A DNA stretch of 64,000 bases from Candidatus Poribacteria bacterium (lineage in GTDB: Bacteria > Poribacteria > WGA-4E > WGA-3G), in assembly GCA_965205025.1 (NCBI GenBank), contig CBDBFU010000002.1, positions 128,001 through 192,000 on the forward strand, given 5' to 3'. Each line of letters starts with the position of its first letter. The stretch's first letter is position 1. The position numbers and the translations under genes are program-made. Below are positions 29,850 to 40,173 of the stretch, piece by piece. The notes below the pieces were generated by a model, which worked only from the letters and a program-made list of their open reading frames with translations, had not been told where the DNA came from and did no database searches.

Positions 29850-32800
29850 TTATTTAAGTATTAGTATTTTACCAACCTTTTGTACGCTTTTATCATTTTT
29901 GGTGGCGGTGAATTTGTATATATAGACACCGTTGGCAAGAGGGTCTCCGTCTTCGTCCAATCCATCAAAATGGTATTCGTTGTAAGATGTGTCCGCATCC
30001 AATGTATCCACATTTCTGATGAGTCTACCCGTAAGTGTATAGATCTTAAGGCTGACTGTGTCTGCGTTTTCCGTAAGATAGTATGCGAAGTCTGTGCCTT
30101 TGCCAGGACGGAACGGATTTGGGAAGTTCGCAATGTTTTTTATCTCTAATCCGCCTGCAACTTTTCCGTTGAGTTCTGTTTCCGCTGTGTTCCCGTTTGC
30201 ATCCTGTGCCTGTAAACGAATACGATACTCCCCTGGTTGCAATGCATGATCTGGTGAATGGGTTAGCAGGAGAACATTACTATTTGTGGGTGAGGTAGAT
30301 ATTATATACTCGTACTGGGGAACACGATTTCCGTTTCTGGTAAGGATGATATTGTCTGGTCGCGGATCTATCCCATTTGCATCCACAATCCTTGCGGAGA
30401 TAGTAGGCAAATCAGAAATATAATCACCATCAACAAACCCTTGATCTTCCACAGTTAATTCCAGTAATGGTGGACGATTATCTGAGTGAGATAGTAGTGC
30501 GAAGGTTCCGGGTAGTTTAACCTTGGCAGAAATAGTTTCACCATCCTCAGTTTGGTTGCCAACACGTATCCAATTCCCTGTTTCATCATCACGCATGTAG
30601 ATATGTGATTTTACTTCAGTCTTACTAACAAAAGTAGCTGTCCCTGTTAATTCAGTTTGTTGTTTCAAGTTAATCTGATATGCCATAGGAGCTGTCTGTT
30701 CAATCCCAGATGGTTTTATAATATCTGGTTGATTTTTGATGATTAACTCCTGTGTTTCAAAGATCAGTGTTGATGTCTCTTGCAGACTGTCCTTAGGTAT
30801 TGTGATACGAAAAGCACCATCTATACTTTGTATCGGTTGGTTGATGTTCTCTGAAGTGAGAAAGACAGTGTTGTTAACGAATTCTTTGGATGAACTGTTG
30901 TTGGATTCTCGTACCTCCTTAATTAGACCACTTGGTTGTTCGTCTGTTGGCATATCTACAAAGACAGTAACAGTGTATTCACCAGGTTTCGGTTTCCATG
31001 GCACACTTGCTATAACATATTCATCAGGAGGTATTTCAGGAATAATCTGCACAACGCCGATTTGTGTTGCATTTTTTAGGTCTTCAAGCGTAATTTCTTG
31101 TTCCACAGGAGATCTATTTGCTGGTAATTGTAAGAAATGTACAGGAACATTCTTGCCAGAAATATCACCATTGTTTTTAATCTGTGCGGAGAGATTGAAA
31201 GAAGCATCCGTACTCCAATTGATTGTGTGTCCTAAAACAGAGAAATCTGGCTCACCTACCCCGTAGGTGACCACCTGTGTTTGTAGTATCCGTCCATCCT
31301 TAGGTATAACGAGTAGATAATAATCAATCAGATCCCCTCTATCAGCAGCTGGAATAGGGTATTCTGTTCTATAAATTCCTGCCTTTTGATGCACCAAAGG
31401 AATTTTTTCTACATCCAATACTTGACGTCGATCTTCAATTACCTGATAACTCCAGTAGAGAGTTATTGTATCGATTTCTTTTCTATTTAACACCTCCACA
31501 TAGACATGGACAGGTTCATTAGGTGGGATAGGATCAGGTTCCAGACGAATATTTTTGACAAATCGTTCAAGTGGAGTATATGATGTATACCCTATCGCAT
31601 CTTCTTGTGTATTCCAGGCGTATGCTCTCACCTGTAATGCATCGAAAGCACTATTATAAGGGATTGGCATTTGTGTTTGGAACTTCCCATCAACTACCGA
31701 GACAGTTTCGATTCGAGGCACGTCATCCACAGAACGTACAAGTGGTGCGGTTATATTTCTGGGTCCAATAGGTCTTTTCTTTTGTATTCTTTCTGGTGGG
31801 TTAGGTATAACCGTAATCTCAGCATCACCGGTAAAGTCTGGATTCGGCAGACTCCCAGCAACAGTTAATAGTGTATCTTTTCCCTCGTTATCCCTTTCAT
31901 TGGGATCGTCCAGATTTATATTTAGTTTCATTTCGGTGCGTGGCAATCTTAACCGAGTTGCTGGATCACCGAAAAGCGTAAAGACCTCCGTAAGATCAAT
32001 GTATCCTGGATAATTAATGAGGAACTGTGTTTTTGCTTCAGCGAGGATTGCGCCAATATGCTCAGTTTTGTCATTAAACATCACCTCGAATATTTCTTGA
32101 TTGAGTATAAAATCTCCATCTAATAGTCCAATACTGGTACCCCCGATTACAGCAATTGCCCCGCCGTTTTGAGAACGGAGTAATGCTTCAGCCAAACAAC
32201 CTGTGGGACTATCAAATTCACCGGTAAAACAGGTCATGCTGATGACAAACGGCATCCGTGATATATTGGTTAGATTTTTTTCAGGATCTTCTAAATCCAT
32301 CATCCGACTTGACGACCAAACACCGCCGCCACCGTGTCCGATGTAATTGACTAAACTGGCGCCTTCGTTGAATCCATTAATGACTTGTCTACCTACAGGT
32401 GTACTACCTCCTGTTAATGATAAATCTTCTTCAGAGGTAGGTGGAGCATAAATTGGAACAATTTCATATTTTTCATTTAGCCGATTCGTATTGGTTAGAA
32501 AATTTGTCTGGTAATGGAATGTTTCCTCCGATCCTGCGAGCATTAAAATCCGTTTATGCCACGGTCCAACATCTGCTTTGCTTTCATAATATATTGCCCG
32601 TTCGACGAATACGCGTACATCAACACTATTTGCGGCTGGCACTCTCCCTATAAACATTTCAGGGAAATTATCGTTTCCGCGAAAATTAACAAACCTATAA
32701 TCGCTTGCGGATGATCCGTATCCTGGGATTTGGACTTGAATTGTCGGCACCGTACTAGTTTTCTCTTTTAGATTTGTATCTCCAACTAACAGGACATAAG

Positions 32801-35027
32801 TTGGTGCGGGGGATTGCCAATTTTCATAAGCATATTTTAGAAAATCCCGTAATGCATAAGGATTTGGAATACCGTGATTAAATTCATCATAGATATCCTC
32901 AACAGTTACGATTTTAGATCGTAAACCTTGTTGACTTCGAAAACTTGCGAGTGGTTGTACTTCTCTTACAAATTCTGTATCGGTAATAATTATGTAATCC
33001 GCCCCGTTGTTTGAGTTTCGTAAATCGGATGGTGAATCTTTAATAATATCCTTCGGCGTTAGATATTTATCCTTTGTCAATGCGATATATTGGATTTGGG
33101 TATTTAAGGGTTGATTAATGTTGTTTGATGATGTACCTTCAATTTGTGTTGATTGAAAAACGACGTTATATTTTCCCTGTATGTTTTCATCTTGCTGTGG
33201 GGATAGCCCGACATAACGTGTTCCGTCAATACCATATATTTCTATGGCAGGTGTATTAAAGTTCTTTAATTCTACTCTAAAGTTTGGATTAGGTCTGCCG
33301 GTTTCATCTGGTATTAATGTAACAGCAAATGGTAGCAGGTTATTTGTAGCGTCATAAGTTCGCCAATAATCCACCTCAAACCAGTTTAACATCTGGAGAT
33401 CTAAATTCCTACCTCCAGGAAGCACGGCACCTATTGTATTTCTACCATTTTTGAGAAAAGACTGTGAAATTGCCGTATTTTCTAATAGGAATTCTATATC
33501 GCCTTCCCAGCGTGGACTCCCGATAACAATATCATTGTTTAACCATAATTCTGCGAAATGTGTATCCACAGATCTACCATGGAGAGCAATCCGTAGTGTT
33601 GCTTTATTTGCAGTTCCAGCAACACCGTTAATTGTAAAAGCAAACTCTCGTGTAGTTGGTGCACTGAGTTGTGCCCAAAACCGACTATCATCTGGTAGGT
33701 CTGGGAGGGAACTAAGTTGGAAGTTACGTGCTTGAAGTCCTTCACCGAATTCCTCATAGTCGTCACTTGCTGATAATCCAAAATCCTTAAATCTACGAAA
33801 CTGGTTATCCTTTTCAAAATGTACACGAGTGAGAAAGTTTCTGGGTTGATATCGTATTGATGAATCTACAGAAATAGTTTTCGTTTCCATTCGAAGTCCT
33901 GGTCCAGCATTCCATGTTAACCAATAGACATTTTCATCAGAATAAGGATCAATATATGTTTTTTCACCGCTATGCCGTTCTGCATAAAATATGATTTCAC
34001 CTTCTGGATCGAATCCGTTAAAATTCTCTCCAGTTCCTGATATTTCTTGTCCACTTGTGGCGTTTCGAACCAAAATTGGAACATGTCTCCCTTTGTTAGA
34101 TAGTGTCAATGTAGAAGATTTTATTGCCGGTAGGTCGACACCAGCAGCGGCTAAATCACTTGCAGTGATACGATACATACCTGATTTGTCAATAACGATC
34201 TTGTACCGGTCTCCACTGGGTAAAGAAAAGAAGGATGGGTTTTTAAGATGTAGGTCTTCAGTAGATCCATTATTTAGGAATTTTCCGCCGACTGTGGAAC
34301 GCCACTGATTCGCAGTTTTTGGATTTATAAGGAGATTCTCAAACATTTCTTGATAAACGGATGATTCTGGACGAGGTATTCTCTGAACTGGTGATGGTGC
34401 ATTCGCTAATCTGTTGAACCGAACTTCAACCACAAGTCGATGATAAAGTTTTACCATACCAGTGACAGGATTATACTGTACTGGATGAACTTGAATGGGT
34501 AGAACCCGATTCTCACGAATCCATCCTGCAGTTCCGATTTCAGCAAGGTTTCGTGGCATATATTGATTGGTAGTATATATGTTCTCTGATTCTATTCCAT
34601 GTTTAGCTAACTCTTTAATATAGCCATCTCTACTGTTTGCGATTTTATGTGTCAGTCTGTATATACTGAAATCTGCCTTTTCGTGTATTACGACAGTAAA
34701 ACTCACATCAGTCGGCACACCTATTAAGGTAGTTTGCATAGGAATGCGTGGTACACCTTTTTCAGTAGTATACCTACATTTTGGGAAGGAGAGAGTCTGG
34801 TATTGTTGACCGTTGTGTTCCTCAATACCGATCTTCAGATCTGATTTTTCAATATTGAGCTGTATTGTAACACCTTGTGGCGTTTCTTTCACCAATTCAA
34901 TCTTTCCAGTGGTAGTCATTTTGTTAGCTTGAATAACTGGTGTTGTTTCCATAGGCAGGGCAGCACAAAACTGGATAATCGCAAAAAGCAGTAAAACAGT
35001 TGTAGGATATAAAATATGTCTTATCAT
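29850..35027 (-). CDS. Peptidase C25 (gingipain/PorU-like) multidomain secreted protein with propeptide, CARDB/Ig and C-terminal FlgD-Ig/T9SS-like domain
   Basis: Signal peptide; ADYIIIT, IYDEFNHG, YVLLVGD, IGRVPA, catalytic NYIGHG and SMTC, LFGDPA; tail NFPNPF..LKIYTLTGRLIR..DGLDEDG..LANGVYIY..KILILK. Confidence 0.85.
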   Translation of the reverse strand: MIRHILYPTTVLLLFAIIQFCAALPMETTPVIQANKMTTTGKIELVKETPQGVTIQLNIEKSDLKIGIEEHNGQQYQTLSFPKCRYTTEKGVPRIPMQTTLIGVPTDVSFTVVIHEKADFSIYRLTHKIANSRDGYIKELAKHGIESENIYTTNQYMPRNLAEIGTAGWIRENRVLPIQVHPVQYNPVTGMVKLYHRLVVEVRFNRLANAPSPVQRIPRPESSVYQEMFENLLINPKTANQWRSTVGGKFLNNGSTEDLHLKNPSFFSLPSGDRYKIVIDKSGMYRITASDLAAAGVDLPAIKSSTLTLSNKGRHVPILVRNATSGQEISGTGENFNGFDPEGEIIFYAERHSGEKTYIDPYSDENVYWLTWNAGPGLRMETKTISVDSSIRYQPRNFLTRVHFEKDNQFRRFKDFGLSASDDYEEFGEGLQARNFQLSSLPDLPDDSRFWAQLSAPTTREFAFTINGVAGTANKATLRIALHGRSVDTHFAELWLNNDIVIGSPRWEGDIEFLLENTAISQSFLKNGRNTIGAVLPGGRNLDLQMLNWFEVDYWRTYDATNNLLPFAVTLIPDETGRPNPNFRVELKNFNTPAIEIYGIDGTRYVGLSPQQDENIQGKYNVVFQSTQIEGTSSNNINQPLNTQIQYIALTKDKYLTPKDIIKDSPSDLRNSNNGADYIIITDTEFVREVQPLASFRSQQGLRSKIVTVEDIYDEFNHGIPNPYALRDFLKYAYENWQSPAPTYVLLVGDTNLKEKTSTVPTIQVQIPGYGSSASDYRFVNFRGNDNFPEMFIGRVPAANSVDVRVFVERAIYYESKADVGPWHKRILMLAGSEETFHYQTNFLTNTNRLNEKYEIVPIYAPPTSEEDLSLTGGSTPVGRQVINGFNEGASLVNYIGHGGGGVWSSSRMMDLEDPEKNLTNISRMPFVISMTCFTGEFDSPTGCLAEALLRSQNGGAIAVIGGTSIGLLDGDFILNQEIFEVMFNDKTEHIGAILAEAKTQFLINYPGYIDLTEVFTLFGDPATRLRLPRTEMKLNINLDDPNERDNEGKDTLLTVAGSLPNPDFTGDAEITVIPNPPERIQKKRPIGPRNITAPLVRSVDDVPRIETVSVVDGKFQTQMPIPYNSAFDALQVRAYAWNTQEDAIGYTSYTPLERFVKNIRLEPDPIPPNEPVHVYVEVLNRKEIDTITLYWSYQVIEDRRQVLDVEKIPLVHQKAGIYRTEYPIPAADRGDLIDYYLLVIPKDGRILQTQVVTYGVGEPDFSVLGHTINWSTDASFNLSAQIKNNGDISGKNVPVHFLQLPANRSPVEQEITLEDLKNATQIGVVQIIPEIPPDEYVIASVPWKPKPGEYTVTVFVDMPTDEQPSGLIKEVRESNNSSSKEFVNNTVFLTSENINQPIQSIDGAFRITIPKDSLQETSTLIFETQELIIKNQPDIIKPSGIEQTAPMAYQINLKQQTELTGTATFVSKTEVKSHIYMRDDETGNWIRVGNQTEDGETISAKVKLPGTFALLSHSDNRPPLLELTVEDQGFVDGDYISDLPTISARIVDANGIDPRPDNIILTRNGNRVPQYEYIISTSPTNSNVLLLTHSPDHALQPGEYRIRLQAQDANGNTAETELNGKVAGGLEIKNIANFPNPFRPGKGTDFAYYLTENADTVSLKIYTLTGRLIRNVDTLDADTSYNEYHFDGLDEDGDPLANGVYIYKFTATKNDKSVQKVGKILILK

Positions 35028-35069
35028 GGGAATTATTAGTAAGTAGAATATTAGAGAATGTCGTGGTAA

Positions 35070-35728
35070 TTAATTGTTTTTTGCCAGGTGGTATATTTCA
35101 ATTTCTCTTACTTGAGCAACTGAAGGTCGCACCACTCGATAGTGAGGAAAATACTGATTGCCAATAGTCATCCGTCTATTTACCACTTTATCACCTTGGT
35201 CAAGTTTAACCTTATTGACAACGACGTCATCAACAGTGCGGCTTACAGCAATTCGGATCATTTCGTATTAATATTTAATCTGTCAATAACAAAGGTAGGT
35301 TGTGCGTTTTTGCCTTCTAAGTTTCGTCGCTGAATAACAGAATGAAAAGTTTCCCATTTATCTGTTTCAGAATTCAGATATTCCATTTGAAATCTAAATA
35401 GATTTCCGTTATGAATTATAATTTTGCGAACTGGATGTATTTCAGCAAAACGTATGACAAAGTTCCGATCATTCTTTGCCGGGAGGGTTGCGATAGTTTC
35501 CAAGTTCCCATCGTTTAATCCGGGGTGGTTTGCTTCAGTTCCATAAGTAGCAGTGGCAATATTCTCACTGTATTGAGTTGACAAGACCTGGGCAAGACGG
35601 CAAGCATTCAAATGCATACTGACAAAAAGTAAGAGGACACTGAGTAATATATTTCTACAAATGACAACTGACGATGTGGATTCAATGTGTGAAAGGTTTT
35701 GTAATCTCATTGTATGTTTATGTATCAT
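35070..35728 (-). CDS. Exported protein with discoidin/F5-8-like domain; split by a 1-bp frameshift at ~35261-35263
   Basis: LNDGNLET..I.F....VRKIII..FQMEY..WET, continuing as MIRIAV..VREIEIY in the next frame. Adding one A fuses the two ORFs. Confidence 0.6.
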
Positions 35729-36012
35729 TTGTTTCCTCCGGTAAAGTCACATCAAAATGATCTACAATTCCCATAATTAGTTCTCGGATAGGTGCATTTT
35801 CTATACCGAATACCTCTTGTGCCACTCCGGGTCCAGCCCCCACGATCACAGTGTCTCCTTCACCAGCACCGACATAATCCACTGCTATCGTTGGTGTCCG
35901 TACGACGTGTGATTTTAGACTTAAGGGTTGGACAAGCAGCAAGGTTCGATTTTCATACGCTGGATGTTTTAGAACGGAAAACGGTTTTACCAATTACTTT
36001 TGCCAGATACAT
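35718..36012 (-). CDS. BMC vertex protein (EutN/CcmL family); 1-bp frameshift at ~35978-35981
   Basis: MYLAKVIGKTV from ATG 36012, then SVLKHP..LLLVQP..IAVDYVGAGEGDTV..IMGIVD in the shifted frame. Confidence 0.85.
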
Positions 36013-36175
36013 AGAAACCTTCTAAATCCTGATTATTTTGAAGTATTACAAACTAATGGACAGTCCAGACTAAAATTGATTGTATCAATAAATCATGTCG
36101 CGACCAGGAGGTCGCTCCTACAGAAGAAAACTACGCATAAATTTAGCGTGGACGATCTACTAATGCTTAGAAATA

Positions 36176-36469
36176 TTATGACGATGTATTATTCTGTTCT
36201 TCAAGTAGTGAAATAGAATCAACAAGTCCAACGATTGCCACATCTACAGGCATTCGCTTTCCGGGGAGTACACCTACTGCATCCCCTCCGGTGACATAGT
36301 AAACTATTTCCCCTTCTCCTGCATCTTTTAATGTATCCACTGCGACGATTGGGGTTTTGATAGGATTCTGTTTCTCGTCCAATGGTTGCACAATAAGGAG
36401 ACGTGTCCCATCTAAACTTGGGTCTTTACGTGTTGCGACTACTGTTCCAATTACTTTTCCTATATCCAT
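36176..36469 (-). CDS. BMC vertex protein (EutN/CcmL family)
   Basis: MDIGKVIGTVVATRKDPSL..LLIVQP..VAVD..AGEGE.V..PVDVAIVGLVD. Confidence 0.92.
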   Translation of the reverse strand: MDIGKVIGTVVATRKDPSLDGTRLLIVQPLDEKQNPIKTPIVAVDTLKDAGEGEIVYYVTGGDAVGVLPGKRMPVDVAIVGLVDSISLLEEQNNTSS

Positions 36470-36541
36470 TAGTGTTATCTCATATTAATTTAATTCAATT
36501 TTTTTAGATTTCGTGATTTATAGAAACGACTTGTGCCAGTT

Positions 36542-36863
36542 TTCTATAGACATAGCACTCCGCTGGAGTGCGAGAATATATCAGTAGTGTCTTCTATAGA
36601 CATAGCAATCCGCTGGAGTGCGAGAATATATCAGTAGTGTCTTCTATAGACATAGCAATCCGCTGGAGTGCGAGAATATATCAATAGTTTTCTATAGACA
36701 TAGCAATCCGCTGGAGTGCGAGAATATATCAATAGTTTTCTATAGACATAGCAATCCGCTGGAGTGCGAGAATATATCAATAGTTTTCTATAGACATAGC
36801 AATCCGCTGGAGTGCAAGAATATATCGATAGTTTTCTATAGACATAGCAATCCGCTGGAGTGC
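36542..36863. repeat. Tandem array of 7 REP-like units (48-50 bp period)
   Basis: Units start at 36542, 36592, 36642, 36690, 36738, 36786 and 36834; core TTCTATAGACATAGCAmTCCGCTGGAGTGC; linkers nearly identical. Confidence 0.9.
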
Positions 36864-36918
36864 TGTATTTTTGTTGGATACCACTGATATAGACAATTCA
36901 CAAAAATAAACTTATCAT

Positions 36919-37042
36919 TAACGTGAGTTTGATAAAACACATTTTAACCCAAACTTTTAGTTAAGACCAGAGTGCACAAACTGGAAAGTTTGTGCTACAA
37001 AGACTATTCTCAGGTCAAAATACTATTATCAAACTGACATTA
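36919..37042. mobile_element. MITE-like family C (TIR TAACGTGAGTTTGATAA) with central REP
   Basis: 15/17 TIR match to TTATCAAACTGACATTA; internal GCACAAACTGGAAAGTTTGTGCTAC. Confidence 0.6.
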
Positions 37043-37090
37043 TCATTAGAAACGCAGCTTCCTCATGAATAAGAGTTGTCCAAACTATAG

Positions 37091-38519
37091 TTATTTTATA
37101 TCGTACTCGTTTAACTTTGTGTGGAGTGTATTTCGGTTGATCCCGAGTATCTCAGAGGCTTTACTCCTGTTACCATCGGTATGCTCAAGTACAATCTCAA
37201 AGAGCGGTTTCTCAAAAATAGCCCGAATTTTAGCATATAGTTGTCCCGTCATCCACATCAGATTCTAACAAATGTGCTACTTGTCCTTGAAGGAGTGTTT
37301 GCATTTGCGAATCCAGATTTTGATTGTCTACGTTCGTTTCCAGAACCGGTTTTTCGAAGATCTCTGAAAAATGTTCTGGAAGTAGCATCTGTCCCGAACA
37401 CATGACGAGTGCGCGTTTTATAGCGTTTTCGAGTTCACGAACATTCCCGTGCCACTCATGTTCGGTAAGTTTTTCAATTGTCTCGGAAGAGACCCCGATT
37501 TTTGGTATTTGATACTCTTGTGCAAATCGACTTGTAAATAGATCAATTAAATCTGGAATATCCTCTCTCCGTTCTCTTAGAGGTGGTAGAGAAATAGGAA
37601 CAACATTCAATCTGTAGTAAAGGTCGTCTCTAAAAGTCTTTTCCGTAATTGCAGTATCGAGTTTTTGATTAGTTGCAGCGATAATACGTACATTTACCGC
37701 GCGTGTATCATTACTGCCAACTGGTTCTATCTCTCGTTCTTGGAGTACTCGCAACAATTTCATCTGGACATCAATAGGTAATTCTCCAACTTCGTCAAGA
37801 AATATCGTACCGCTATCTGCTTGTTCAAATTTACCTTTTCTATCCGCGTGTGCATCGGTAAATGCGCCTTTGACGTGTCCAAAGAGTGTACTTTCAATAA
37901 GACTCGGTGGTATAGCACTACAATCTACAACAATAAAAGGATTTTCAGTACGTGGACTATTTTTATGGATAAGTTCTGCGACCAATTCTTTGCCGGTACC
38001 ACTTTCACCCATAATTAGAACGGTTTCGTCACTGACAGCTGCCCGTCCGATTATTTGATATACCACCTGCATAGCCGGACTTTTCCCGACCATTCTCCCT
38101 TGAGCGTCAATGGATTCTGCTTCTTGTGTATCGTCTGTTTCTTCTTTTGTGATAGTTACAGCCGATGCTGCGCGTTCTACCAAATCAAGCAATTCTTCTC
38201 GATCAACAGGTTTCGTGAGGTATCCGTAAGCGCGTCTCTTTGCTGCTTCAATAGCCGTTTGTGTTGTACCGTGTCCAGTAATTATAATGATTGCGACAGT
38301 CGGGTTTATCTCTTGAATAGACTCTATCAATTCAAGTCCATCGGCATCTCCTAAGAATATATCGAGTAGTATGACATCAATCTCATTCTTATGTACACAC
38401 TCAATGGTCTCTTTGCCATTCCGAGCTTTGACAGTGTTATATCCTGCCTTATTGAGTGCTGCACTTAAGACTTGTCGTAGACTATTGTCATCATCTGCTA
38501 TGAGGATTGAGTAGGACAT
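37091..38519 (-). CDS. NtrC-family sigma-54 response regulator; 1-bp frameshift at ~37245-37247 before the Fis HTH
   Basis: REC domain (ADDD, LLDI, KP), GESGTGKE, GAFTDA, FLDEVGE, WHGNVREL. HTH ..GNRSKASEILGINRNTLHTKLNEYDIK lies in the shifted frame. Confidence 0.9.
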
Positions 38520-38587
38520 AATTGTATCTCGTTTATCAACTATCTAATAACGACGTGAGTTTGATAACTAAAATTATTTTATACGTC

Positions 38588-38960
38588 GAATCAAGGAATC
38601 CAGGAATCAAGGAATCAACGGTATGAATGCTATTTAGCATTCCCCGGGTATGAATGCTATTTAGCATTCCCCGGGTATGAATGCTATTTAGCATTCCCCG
38701 GGTATGAATGCTATTTAGCATTCCCCGGGTATGAATGCTATTTAGCATTCCCCGTGGTTAGAAACCGCACCATAGGCATCAATTTAGGGATACACCTTTC
38801 GCCCCGCGAATCAACGGTATGAATGACATATGAAGATTAATTTTTAAATTCGGTATTTTTGGAGAAATATCCAGTGCGGTTAGGAAACCGCACCTACCGG
38901 GTTTGGGAAAAAAAGAATTACCGAACTATTTACTTAATCTTCATTAGTCATTCACCGGGG
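38588..38960 (+). repeat. Nested micro-element stack: 4 heads plus 5x27-bp bodies, then a further copy interrupted by a 115-bp MITE
   Basis: GAATCAAG GAATCCAG GAATCAAG GAATCAAC (38588-38619) followed by (GGTATGAATGCTATTTAGCATTCCCCG)x5 (38620-38754). MITE ATGAAGATTAA..TTAATCTTCAT at 38830-38944. Confidence 0.85.
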
Positions 38961-39063
38961 CTTCTAATACTCACATTGAAGTATTTTTTCTGAGTAATTA
39001 TATGGTCATTACAGACAGAAATACAACTATACTCGGATATATAATACCAATTTTACTTAATTA

Positions 39064-39968
39064 TAGTGACCATCAGAATTAAAGAGACATTTTTTGTATT
39101 TTGTAATAGAATGTGTCTATTATGGCATATTCAACAGATTTACGCAAACGCGTTTTAGATTTTATTGAAGCTGGCGGGAAAAAAGCCGAAGCTGCCCGTC
39201 GTTTTTCTCTGAATCGTTCAACGATTTATAGATGGTTAGCCGCTGAAGACCCGCTTTCGACCCAAAAACCGGGGGCCAAAAGCATGAGAGTGCTTGACGA
39301 GGCAGCACTAAAAAAACATGTCGCTGATTTCCCAGACTTGACGCAAAACGAACGCGCCTCACATTTCGGTGTTTCAGAGTCTTCTATAGCCTATGGGTTG
39401 CGGAAACTCGGCATCACACGAAAAAAAAACAATCGGATATAAGGAGCGGTGCGATGAGAAACGTAGGGGCTACCGTCAGACACTCACCGAGAAACACGCC
39501 GCTGGTAAAAAGATAGTTTATGTTGATGAATGCGGTTTTCGTGCTGAAAGTTATAGGCGTCATGGCTATGCCCCGAAAGGTGAATGTGTCTTAGGTTTGA
39601 TCTCAGGCACAAGAACACGAACAACGACGCTGGTCGCAGCGCGTATCGGTTCGACTTTTACGGCACCTTGTTTGTTTGATGGAAGCTGCGATTCTGCGTG
39701 TTTCAATGCGTGGCTTGAAGCCTATTTATGTCCACGGCTGTCTGTCTCAGACGTGGTTGTTCTTGATAATGCGAAGATCCACAAGACGCTTCGGACGCGT
39801 GAGTTGATAGAAGCATCGGGAGCAGAGGTATTGTTTTTACCACCTTATTCACCGGACTACAACCCGATTGAACACGACTTTGCGAATATCAAACGTCTCA
39901 GAGAATACAATGCTGATATAACCATTGATGAAGTTATAAACATGTATCATTAATTCTAAAGTTTACTA
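39064..39968 (+). mobile_element. IS630/Tc1-family insertion sequence
   Basis: Imperfect TIRs TAGTGACCATCAGAATTAA / TTAATTCTAAAGTTTACTA, flanking TA on both sides, transposase inside. Confidence 0.9.
39122..39953 (+). CDS. IS630 transposase (HTH ORF and DDE ORF joined across the A9 run at 39421-39429)
   Basis: MAYSTDLRKRV..STIYRW; YVDECG, VVLDNAKIH, LPPYSPDYNPIE. Confidence 0.9.
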
Positions 39969-40173
39969 TAGTTTACATTAATAGCAGATCGGAAAAGCCA
40001 ATTTAAGTTTAAAAGGTATTATATAAACATTCCGTCCCTACGGGACTCAAGATAGTGGATAAACACGTTTTCTATAGACATTTCGTCCCTACGGGACTCA
40101 TAAAGCTTTATATGATTGTTACTGTTACACTTAAATCATAATGTAAGTGTATCAATTGAAAATGGTATTAGAA

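Noticed and set aside
36520-36540. Sigma-54 promoter for the vertex genes (minus strand CTGGCACAAG..)
   Set aside because: The -24 element is present but there is no GC at the required -12 spacing.
36542-36863. CRISPR array
   Set aside because: Intervening sequences are ~19-21 bp and almost identical; no cas1/cas2 in the window; the repeat belongs to the local REP family.
38620-38754. CRISPR array or repeat protein (ORF MLNSIHTRG x5)
   Set aside because: 27-bp units have no spacers, and the ORF is a by-product of a repeat length divisible by 3.
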